DNA from: a virus
Direction: 5' to 3' (one strand)
DNA length: 64,000 nt
IMG/VR virus record: IMGVR_UViG_3300008259_000009
In this document: positions 35,352 through 42,345 of the stretch, piece by piece
How positions within the stretch are numbered: position 1 is the first letter of the stretch
How the letters are laid out: each line of letters opens with the position of its first letter
The notes under the pieces: model-generated
Told to the model about the DNA's origin: nothing
The model's database searches: none
The model's input: only the letters and a program-made list of their open reading frames with translations
Made by a program: the position numbers and the translations under genes

Positions 35352-35684
35352 TTATTTTTTATAAAACCAAAAAGAGTTTTTACCACAATTACCAAGTTTA
35401 AATAAACTACCTTCAAAGACATCATTTAATTTTTCAATAACTTCTTCGGCAATTTCTTCAGTATCCTCACCTGATTGTTTAAATTTGACCATAAATCTAT
35501 CGTATGGTTTATCTGAGGATTCACGGTGACCACCAATCCATTCATCTTCACCAACGTAATCGTCCATAAGTTTGTTTAACTCAGATTCAATTTTTTTATT
35601 TGATGGGTCTTTCTTACTTTCATTGATTACTCGTTTAACAAATCTTGTTAAATCCGATTCTGTTAGCCTAATTACTTTTTTCAT
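35352..35684 (-). CDS. Hypothetical protein with shared N-terminal LTES motif, inside the tRNA array
   Basis: True start MKKVIRLTESDLTRFVKRVINE at 35684 with TATTTAT upstream. Confidence 0.75.
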   Translation of the reverse strand: MKKVIRLTESDLTRFVKRVINESKKDPSNKKIESELNKLMDDYVGEDEWIGGHRESSDKPYDRFMVKFKQSGEDTEEIAEEVIEKLNDVFEGSLFKLGNCGKNSFWFYKK

Positions 35685-35718
35685 ATTAATAAATATTGCA
35701 ATTGGTATAAAAAATAAT

Positions 35719-35837
35719 GTCCAGGTGTGGGAATCTAACCCACTTAGTCCATATTCGTTGCTTGTACGTCTGGGCAATTTATTGTTAGGACCGTCCCATT
35801 CGTCAATGGGGTGTGTAACACAATCCACCTACCTGAA
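35719..35837 (-). ncRNA. Expanded tRNA-like RNA 2 (119 nt)
   Basis: TTCAGGT/ACCTGGA acceptor, GTGGG-TTAGATT-CCCAC T arm, extra CCCATT/AATGGG hairpin, extended GTCC/GGAC arm. Confidence 0.65.
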
Positions 35838-35848
35838 GGTTTTATGTG

Positions 35849-35931
35849 TGGGATGTGATGGAGTCGAACCACCCGAGTCCGAAGACAAACGATTTACAGT
35901 CGTTCCCGCTGCCCCTACGGTATAACATCCC
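35849..35931 (-). tRNA. tRNA-Tyr(GUA)
   Basis: AACGA-CTGTAAA-TCGTT, long variable arm. Confidence 0.92.
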
Positions 35932-35939
35932 AAGTTTAG

Positions 35940-36070
35940 GAAATCAGAAGATGGTTGTGTGGACATCTGATTTTACGATTGGCATTACTTTGGTGTATAT
36001 CTCCCAACTCCGATGATACTGACCGATATACACTCTCGTGTCATTAGTATCACCCTTCCCCAATCAACCT
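35940..36070 (-). ncRNA. Pseudoknotted RNA I
   Basis: Crossing helices 35993-36001/36025-36033 and 36014-36020/36046-36052 inside GATTGG/CCAATC. Confidence 0.6.
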
Positions 36071-36074
36071 ATTG

Positions 36075-36147
36075 CGACTCAGACAGGACTCGAACCTGTA
36101 ACGTTCACATTAACAGTGTGATGCTCTCCCAATTGAGCTACTGAGTC
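36075..36147 (-). tRNA. tRNA-Asn(GUU)
   Basis: TCACA-CTGTTAA-TGTGA. Confidence 0.92.
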
Positions 36148-36153
36148 ATTTTG

Positions 36154-36225
36154 CGCGTCTCCAAGGACTCGAACCCTGACCAAGAGATTTGGAGTCACTT
36201 ATGCTTGCCGTTACACCAAAGACGC
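36154..36225 (-). tRNA. tRNA-Trp(CCA)
   Basis: AGTGA-CTCCAAA-TCTCT. Confidence 0.88.
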
Positions 36226-36251
36226 AAATAATGAAATTAATTATTTCATTG

Positions 36252-36325
36252 AGGACAGAGAGGGATTTGAACCCCCGAATAATGGATTTGCAGTCCACCC
36301 CTTTAAACCACTCAGGCATCTGTCC
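36252..36325 (-). tRNA. tRNA-Cys(GCA)
   Basis: GTGGA-CTGCAAA-TCCAT, U73. Confidence 0.92.
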
Positions 36326-36336
36326 TTGTTAATTTG

Positions 36337-36406
36337 TTTAGAGGTTGGTTTACATTCAGTGACCATGACTTGTACTTCGTCTCAAGGGGTAAACCCTATA
36401 CCTCTA
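36337..36406 (-). ncRNA. Unidentified ~70-nt structured RNA J
   Basis: AGAGGT/ACCTCT, GGTTTAC/GTAAACC and CTTG/CAAG nested stems. Confidence 0.45.
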
Positions 36407-36409
36407 TTG

Positions 36410-36560
36410 TGACCCCAATGGGAATCGAACCCACCTTGTTAACTACATATAAGATGCTTTGACCTAAGTGACCCATATACTAGTACTACGGGTGCCAACT
36501 ACAAATTATCATCGTTAACCCACTCACCGCTTCGGTTGCGACCCTAACAGTTATGGAGTC
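36410..36560 (-). ncRNA. Expanded tRNA-like RNA 3 (151 nt)
   Basis: GACTCCA/TGGGGTC acceptor, GTGGG-TTCGATT-CCCAT T arm, GTTAAC/GTTAAC extended arm containing ACCCG/TGGGT. Confidence 0.65.
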
Positions 36561-36566
36561 GTATTG

Positions 36567-36638
36567 TAGCCCCTGTAGGACTCGAACCTACACTATCTTG
36601 TATGTAAAACAAGCGCTTTTCCTTTAAGCTAAGGAGCT
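36567..36638 (-). tRNA. tRNA-Val(UAC)
   Basis: CTTGT-TTTACAT-ACAAG. Confidence 0.92.
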
Positions 36639-36645
36639 ATTTTTG

Positions 36646-36720
36646 TATCCCCGAAGAGATTCGAACTCTTGACCCCTCCATTAAAAGTGGAGTGCTCTAA
36701 TCCTGCTGAGCTACGAAGAC
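36646..36720 (-). tRNA. tRNA-Lys(UUU)
   Basis: CTCCA-CTTTTAA-TGGAG. Confidence 0.92.
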
Positions 36721-36726
36721 ATTTTG

Positions 36727-36799
36727 TTGTGATGGAGGGATTCGAACCCCCGTAAACTATCGTATCAGGATAGCCCCTACACCGCTCGGGCACATCACA
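36727..36799 (-). tRNA. tRNA-Ile(GAU)
   Basis: CTATC-CTGATAC-GATAG. Confidence 0.88.
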
Positions 36800-36816
36800 G
36801 TTTTAGTTTCTTGGAA

Positions 36817-36848
36817 CAAATATAACCGTTTTTTGGTATATACCGCAA
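36817..36848 (-). promoter_or_regulatory. Bacteroidota-type promoter
   Basis: TTG-N21-TATATTTG. Confidence 0.65.
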
Positions 36849-36855
36849 CATTATA

Positions 36856-37674
36856 CTAATTTTCTTTTTCTTTTTTTCTGTCTTTATATGTTTTATTTAC
36901 TTTATGTTTAGCAACCTCATCGTTAAAGTCAGATATTTCTTTATCAGTTATATTATTAATTCTGTTATTGGCGTTGATAATATATTCCTCAGATATATCA
37001 ATCCCAAAATAGTTATGCCCTAATAGTTTAGATGCAACCGCTGAAGTTCCACTACCCATATATGGGTCAATAATGTCACAACCTTCTTTATCATCCAATA
37101 TTGAGTAAATACATCTTGTCGGTATTTCAATTGGAAATGGTGCGGGATGATTAGATACCGTAGATTTATTCATTTCAGGTCGTAATCTCCAAACTGATGT
37201 CATTAATGCATGTTTAGATTTTAATTCCTCACCATTATCTTTTTTATTTATTGGTTTGTACAACCAATAAATTCTTTCCTCCACTTGCCAAAATCTCCAA
37301 CCTCTAATATTTGCGGCAATTTGTCTATCCCAAATTATTTCTTGTTTAACTGTCCAATCAGTTTTTTTTAACCAATCCATCGGATGAAACATTTCTCCTT
37401 TATCCCATCTAATTTTATGGTTATAAAAGAACGAACCTCCAGGTTTAATAACACGAAACAATTCGTTTAGTATTTCAATTTGCTCTATTTGGTATTCAGA
37501 TTCATTTTTATTATCCGTAATATCCGAATATTTAATATCCTTAACCAAGACACCTTTTCTATTGTTTTGTTTATTATAAGGTGGGGATGTTACACCCATA
37601 TCAAAAATGTTTTCATCAAGTGTTTTTAAAACATCATACACATCACCAAGTACTATATTGTTTTTAATTTCCAT
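36856..37674 (-). CDS. Beta-class N4-C/N6-A DNA methyltransferase
   Basis: VTSPPYN catalytic motif before DPYMGSG SAM motif; HPAPFP. Confidence 0.92.
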   Translation of the reverse strand: MEIKNNIVLGDVYDVLKTLDENIFDMGVTSPPYNKQNNRKGVLVKDIKYSDITDNKNESEYQIEQIEILNELFRVIKPGGSFFYNHKIRWDKGEMFHPMDWLKKTDWTVKQEIIWDRQIAANIRGWRFWQVEERIYWLYKPINKKDNGEELKSKHALMTSVWRLRPEMNKSTVSNHPAPFPIEIPTRCIYSILDDKEGCDIIDPYMGSGTSAVASKLLGHNYFGIDISEEYIINANNRINNITDKEISDFNDEVAKHKVNKTYKDRKKEKEN

Positions 37675-38272
37675 ATTCAATCAACGATTTAAAAAACGGT
37701 TTTGTAAATTTATGTTCATATTCACTAATCATAGGTGAAATATATTCAAGTCTAAACGAATCTGAATTTTTAAAGTGTAAGTAACTAAATTTAACACTTC
37801 TAACATATCTATTTAATTCATCACCGTTTGGTAAGTGTTTAGTTAATTGCCGTTCTATTTCATTTACAAAATCAACTGAGTTATATTGGAAACTTACTAA
37901 AAACAATAATTTACCATCTAAAAACCCCGACACTACCATTTTAACTTTATCATCTTTATATTTTTTGTGTCTTTTCCATGTAAAGTCACTGAAATTACCT
38001 GAACCGTCAAACTTTTTAGTTGAATCTGATGATAAATTCTTTGGTTTAACTTCAATTGGGTATTCGTCAGAATCGTACCCTAATTTGTGAACACTTTGTT
38101 TTACCCCTAAAATCCCCAATGTCACCCCTTCTCTAAATAATGAGGAATTTTTATCATTAGACATCTCATTAAGTAACCCTAATAATAACGTTTCTTTGGT
38201 TTTGTCATCAAGTTCTAATATTTTAGAATTATCTCCTAATGAATAGTTTAATTTTAATTCTGATAGATTCAT
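37664..38272 (-). CDS. Putative type II restriction endonuclease (PD-(D/E)xK)
   Basis: GYDSDEYPIEVKPK motif; stop overlaps the MTase start. Confidence 0.6.
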   Translation of the reverse strand: MNLSELKLNYSLGDNSKILELDDKTKETLLLGLLNEMSNDKNSSLFREGVTLGILGVKQSVHKLGYDSDEYPIEVKPKNLSSDSTKKFDGSGNFSDFTWKRHKKYKDDKVKMVVSGFLDGKLLFLVSFQYNSVDFVNEIERQLTKHLPNGDELNRYVRSVKFSYLHFKNSDSFRLEYISPMISEYEHKFTKPFFKSLIEYGN

Positions 38273-38333
38273 ACAATACATTTTTAACAAAGTACGTAAA
38301 TAAAATAAATTATTCAATACCATTAATTTTTTG

Positions 38334-38408
38334 TAGGGTAGACAGGACTCGAACCTGCACTATGTCCTCATCCCAAATGAGGCGGCCTACCAATTGGCCA
38401 ACTACCCT
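38334..38408 (-). tRNA. tRNA-Pro(UGG)
   Basis: CCTCA-TTTGGGA-TGAGG. Confidence 0.92.
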
Positions 38409-38414
38409 ATATTG

Positions 38415-38484
38415 TACCGAGTATGGGGATTGAACCCACTTGACCATCCTTATGAGAGATAGTTCTTTACCACTAAGCCTCGGT
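38415..38484 (-). tRNA. Degenerate tRNA-Met(CAU), 70 nt
   Basis: CTCATAA loop and T arm present; about 3 nt missing at the acceptor/D-arm junction. Confidence 0.55.
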
Positions 38485-38491
38485 ATCTCAG

Positions 38492-38580
38492 CGGAGAATG
38501 TGGGATTCGAACCCACGCATCATGTTTCAGACCTATCACGTTAGCAATGTGACCCCTTAAACCATCTTGGGTAATTCTCC
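38492..38580 (-). tRNA. tRNA-Ser(GCU)
   Basis: TCACA-TTGCTAA-CGTGA, long variable arm. Confidence 0.92.
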
Positions 38581-38584
38581 GTAG

Positions 38585-38656
38585 AAGTCTCTGAAGGATT
38601 TGAACCTTCTCTAAAACATCCGTAGTGTTTCGTGCTGTCCGTTACACCAAGAGACC
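38585..38656 (-). tRNA. tRNA-Arg(ACG)
   Basis: AAACA-CTACGGA-TGTTT. Confidence 0.92.
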
Positions 38657-38662
38657 AAAGTG

Positions 38663-38736
38663 GGTAACTAATGGGAATCGAACCCATGGCACAAGGAACC
38701 ACAATCCTTTGCTCTACCTACTGAGCTATAGCTACC
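38663..38736 (-). tRNA. tRNA-His(GUG)
   Basis: AAGGA-TTGTGGT-TCCTT; encoded G-1:C73. Confidence 0.92.
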
Positions 38737-38756
38737 ATAAAATTTTATTTTCTATG

Positions 38757-38829
38757 TGGAGAGGGTGGGAATCGAACCCACATTGCTGGATTTTCAGTCC
38801 AGTGCCTTGACCAACTTGGCAACCTCTCC
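38757..38829 (-). tRNA. tRNA-Phe(GAA)
   Basis: CTGGA-CTGAAAA-TCCAG. Confidence 0.92.
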
Positions 38830-38835
38830 TTATTG

Positions 38836-38909
38836 TTGTCCTGGAAGGATTTGAACCTCCAATTTCCTCGTTCAAAGCGAGGTGACTTTGCCAGTTCGTC
38901 TACAGGACA
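38836..38909 (-). tRNA. tRNA-Gln(UUG)
   Basis: CCTCG-CTTTGAA-CGAGG. Confidence 0.92.
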
Positions 38910-38915
38910 GTGAAC

Positions 38916-39053
38916 TCACTTTTTGAGTTTTTTTAAAATCTTTTTTAAAAGTTTTGATTTTACTTTAATTTTAATCCCTTCTTTTCTTAAATTTTCCTGA
39001 CTTGAGTTGAAGGTCCCCTCAAGTACAATTTTAATAGTTTCTTTTTTTCCCAT
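38916..39053 (-). CDS. Small basic peptide (45 aa)
   Basis: Manually translated MGKKETIKIVLEG...KLLKKILKKLKK; amphipathic Lys-rich tail. Confidence 0.45.
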   Translation of the reverse strand: MGKKETIKIVLEGTFNSSQENLRKEGIKIKVKSKLLKKILKKLKK

Positions 39054-39069
39054 AATTTATTTTTTAGCG

Positions 39070-39156
39070 AGGAGGGTGTGGGACTTGAACCCACAAGACC
39101 TATTACACGTCTTACTCGTTTTCAAGACGAGCTCTTCATCCAGCCAGATACCCTCC
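39070..39156 (-). tRNA. tRNA-Ser(UGA)
   Basis: CTCGT-CTTGAAA-ACGAG, long variable arm. Confidence 0.9.
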
Positions 39157-39175
39157 GAATTTTTATACCAATATG

Positions 39176-39213
39176 TCAAAGAACAAAAAACCCCCGAACT
39201 TGTGGTCCGAGGG
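39176..39213 (-). terminator. Intrinsic terminator after leader peptide 1, followed by boxA-like motif
   Basis: CCCTCGGAC-cacaa-GTTCGGGGG-TTTTTT then GTTCTTTGA. Confidence 0.8.
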
Positions 39214-39235
39214 CTTATATCATAGTTAATCTTTT

Positions 39236-39352
39236 TTAACTTATAAAACACTTCGGACTACCATATGACATGCTCGGATACCAATTGCGGTTACACGAGA
39301 TGACAATCTGTGATTGTTTAAAATTAATCATATGTTTACCAAATGTTTTCAT
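39236..39352 (-). CDS. Candidate leader peptide 1 (38 aa)
   Basis: Manually translated MKTFGKHMINFKQSQIVISCNRNWYPSMSYGSPKCFIS between a promoter and a terminator at the head of the tRNA array. Confidence 0.65.
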   Translation of the reverse strand: MKTFGKHMINFKQSQIVISCNRNWYPSMSYGSPKCFIS

Positions 39353-39371
39353 TGTTTTTTAATAACTATTA

Positions 39372-39401
39372 CAAATATAGGAAAAATCCTCGTTTAATCA
39401 A
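39372..39401 (-). promoter_or_regulatory. Bacteroidota-type promoter for leader/tRNA operon
   Basis: TTG-N19-TATATTTG, 20 nt upstream of the leader ATG. Confidence 0.78.
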
Positions 39402-39414
39402 TATTTCTTTAAAA

Positions 39415-39594
39415 TTATATTTTTTTCACTGAATAAATGTGACCTGAATCTGAATTTGTTTGAAATATCTCTTTCATCTTATCAGCCTCCTTTTCAGATT
39501 CAAACTCCCAAACTTCATTATCAGAATTTAAAATTATAACAGGTAACCATTTACCTGATTTTTTGTTTTTAATGCTTTTGATTATTACATACAT
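39415..39594 (-). CDS. Small hypothetical protein (59 aa)
   Basis: Manually translated MYVIIKSIKNKKSGKWLPVIIL... Confidence 0.65.
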   Translation of the reverse strand: MYVIIKSIKNKKSGKWLPVIILNSDNEVWEFESEKEADKMKEIFQTNSDSGHIYSVKKI

Positions 39595-39612
39595 AGTTTT
39601 AGATTTTTTTTA

Positions 39613-39643
39613 CAAATGTAACGTTTTTTTGGTTACGGTTCAA
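39613..39643 (-). promoter_or_regulatory. Bacteroidota-type promoter
   Basis: TTG-N20-TACATTTG. Confidence 0.75.
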
Positions 39644-39644
39644 C

Positions 39645-42344
39645 TTAGTATTTGTTTTTTCTTGAAAATGGGTTATTTGAGTCGTCACGTTTTCTTTTTT
39701 GAGGGAAGAACTCCCTATTTTGAGCCGCCAAAGTACCCTTTTTAATTTCAATAAGTTTATTCCTGTCGTTTGGCACATGTTCTCTAACAGGTTTCACATT
39801 TTTTGATGGATGGTATATATCAGTTCTATTTAAAACTTGATTGATTAAATCATAATTTATTTTGGAATCAGAATTTTTTGGTTTAACATTTAATTTAATA
39901 ACGTCAGTTAATAGAGTATCTATTTTTTGTTTATTAATTATGAATTTTTCATACTCTTCATCAATAATCTTTTTATTAAAAATTTCATAAAAAGATTCGG
40001 TTACTAAATTTTCTATCGGTCCAAAAGTTTTTCTTTTTTTACTTAAATTATAATATTTACCTCTCATTTGAGAAGATAAATTAGTATCGGGATGTTGAGT
40101 TAAACTATTTTTATGGACCCTTCTATAAAACCCTAAAGATTTGGTATGGATTAATTTGACATTATTTTTATATAATCTATTCATTAGGTCAGAATCCGCC
40201 GCACATCTCCACCCCTCAAAACCATTCATGTCTAAAAATAATTTTTTCTCAATTCCAAAAACACCTTCACCATATGTGTTTGCATTTGATTTTTCCAAAT
40301 TAATGTTTTTAACTTCTTCGTTGAAATCTATATACATAGGCTTTATTAGCTTATGTGTTGATTTATAACGAATGATGTCTTGGACAAGTTCTTCTTTCAT
40401 AATGTCATCAGAATCAAAAAACATTAAATAATCAGAATTTGAAATCAGTGATAAACTATTTTTAACAATATAAGGTCCGACATTTTGATTAAAGTAATAG
40501 AATCTAATTCTTGGGTCAAATTTACTGTCTTGAATATAAGATAGTGTTTTTTTGCACCCATCAATTCCAACTAATATCTCAACATTTAAATCTTTAATTG
40601 ATGTTAATACAGAATCTAAACATTCGGTTAAATAATTTAAAACATTATACGTTGGGATGATGATTGATATGTCCTTTTTATTGTTTTTTATATCAAATTC
40701 ATTAACCATTTTATTTAACGTTAATAAATCTTTTAATACCAAAATATTCTCATTTTTATCGTTATTACCAATAACTAACCCTTTATTACCAGGTATCCAA
40801 TTAATTAAATTTTCTAATATTTGATGTGAGAAACTTTTTTTATTATTATCCACCGAAAATAAAATTTTACTATTAAGTTTTTCTTTAAAATTATTTTCTA
40901 AGTAAGTAAGATGGTGCATATACATTTGAGAAATATAATATTTTTTTTCGGGCATTTTTCTTGCAGGGTCAGAAAGAACTGAACTACTTATATGTCTACC
41001 ATATTTTCTTTCATCAATTTTATAAATTGATGGTACGTAAAGTTTGTCCTCAACAAAGTAATATTTATCACTTTTATAATATGACACGATTGGTGAATAT
41101 AATGTGTCAATACCATTCTCATTCATGAATTTTATTTCATCAGTAACATATCTATCATTATAACATTCATCATTATCTAAAGTTAGAATATAATCACAAT
41201 TCGCGTTTTTACATTTAGATAAACCAACATTTCGTTTGTCTATCATTCCGATAATCTTATCTACCACATCTTCATCATATAACACCAATTCATCTATATA
41301 ACCACAATCAACCAATTCTTGTAATAAAATATTATTTTCAATTGAGCCGATTTCACCCGAAAAACTTTTTTTCTGATGAACCACACATATGTAATCAACA
41401 ACATTAATAATTGATTCAATTGATTTTTTTAATACGTCAACATTATAAAAGGAATTATATGAAACCCCAACTTTTAAATTATTAAATTGTTTAGTTTTAA
41501 ACCTATGAGATATTGTTCTACTAAAATCTAACCATTTATTGTTAGTCAACAATTCAGTTAACTTTTTTTCTAAAGTTTCATAATTTTCAAATTCGTGGAT
41601 TAAATCACCATAATAATTCTTTTTACTTAGTTCCGATACAACACATTTACTATTATTTAATAAATAAAATAACCTTACTTGTTCTTGTATTGACGATTCA
41701 TAAAAATGTAAATTTAAAATAATTTTAGTTTCTGAAATTATATTATCTAACTTATCCGAAAAATCTTTAGGTAAAAATTTAATTCCCGAATTATTTAACT
41801 CAACGTTATCTACATCAAAATTGTCACCAATAACAACTAAATTAAATTTAGAATTTATTTTTTTTAAAATTTCAAATCGTTTTTTATTTATTGCACCATA
41901 AAATAAAATGTCGTATTTAGGGTTTTGATTAACCTTTATGTTTTCTAAAGATTTAGAATATTTAAGTGGTACAAATTTTACTTTATTGTAACCAAGAGTT
42001 TCTAAAAACCACTTATTAGATAAATCATATTCCCATATTTCATCACATTCATCCAACCATTTTTTAATGTGAGAGGTTCTATGTTTCACATGTTTTGAAT
42101 TACTATTAGGGTTAAACCAATTTGGGTTATAATTAAAAAGTTGCTCTAATTGGTAAACTATTATTTTTTTATTAGGGTATTTTTCTCTATAGAAATTAAT
42201 CTCTTTACCTAAATTATATCCTAATATAACCAGACAATTATGGTATTTAGAATTATCAGAATATAATTCTTCAACCATTGTCTTTACATGTAAAAATGTA
42301 CCAACATCACTATCTCTGTTGATTACACATTTAAGTTTCTCCAT
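39645..42344 (-). CDS. Multidomain glycosyltransferase (GT-B-like domain plus two GT2-like domains)
   Basis: YDILFYGAIN...KIILNLHFYE; YILTLDNDE; ISIIIPTYN...GPYIVKN...MFFDSDD. Confidence 0.85.
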   Translation of the reverse strand: MEKLKCVINRDSDVGTFLHVKTMVEELYSDNSKYHNCLVILGYNLGKEINFYREKYPNKKIIVYQLEQLFNYNPNWFNPNSNSKHVKHRTSHIKKWLDECDEIWEYDLSNKWFLETLGYNKVKFVPLKYSKSLENIKVNQNPKYDILFYGAINKKRFEILKKINSKFNLVVIGDNFDVDNVELNNSGIKFLPKDFSDKLDNIISETKIILNLHFYESSIQEQVRLFYLLNNSKCVVSELSKKNYYGDLIHEFENYETLEKKLTELLTNNKWLDFSRTISHRFKTKQFNNLKVGVSYNSFYNVDVLKKSIESIINVVDYICVVHQKKSFSGEIGSIENNILLQELVDCGYIDELVLYDEDVVDKIIGMIDKRNVGLSKCKNANCDYILTLDNDECYNDRYVTDEIKFMNENGIDTLYSPIVSYYKSDKYYFVEDKLYVPSIYKIDERKYGRHISSSVLSDPARKMPEKKYYISQMYMHHLTYLENNFKEKLNSKILFSVDNNKKSFSHQILENLINWIPGNKGLVIGNNDKNENILVLKDLLTLNKMVNEFDIKNNKKDISIIIPTYNVLNYLTECLDSVLTSIKDLNVEILVGIDGCKKTLSYIQDSKFDPRIRFYYFNQNVGPYIVKNSLSLISNSDYLMFFDSDDIMKEELVQDIIRYKSTHKLIKPMYIDFNEEVKNINLEKSNANTYGEGVFGIEKKLFLDMNGFEGWRCAADSDLMNRLYKNNVKLIHTKSLGFYRRVHKNSLTQHPDTNLSSQMRGKYYNLSKKRKTFGPIENLVTESFYEIFNKKIIDEEYEKFIINKQKIDTLLTDVIKLNVKPKNSDSKINYDLINQVLNRTDIYHPSKNVKPVREHVPNDRNKLIEIKKGTLAAQNREFFPQKRKRDDSNNPFSRKNKY

Positions 42345-42345
42345 A

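Noticed and set aside
35685-35828. 48-aa N-terminal extension of ORF 35352-35828
   Set aside because: It overlaps tRNA-like RNA 2; the internal ATG at 35684 has the TATTTAT motif and the shared N-terminus.
35940-36070. Canonical HDV-like theta ribozyme call for element I
   Set aside because: Position fits, but the P1.1 GG, P4 and a full L3 loop are absent.
38239-39251. ORFs 38310-38516, 38239-38433, 38625-38810, 39007-39225, 39057-39251
   Set aside because: They are read-throughs of tRNA genes.
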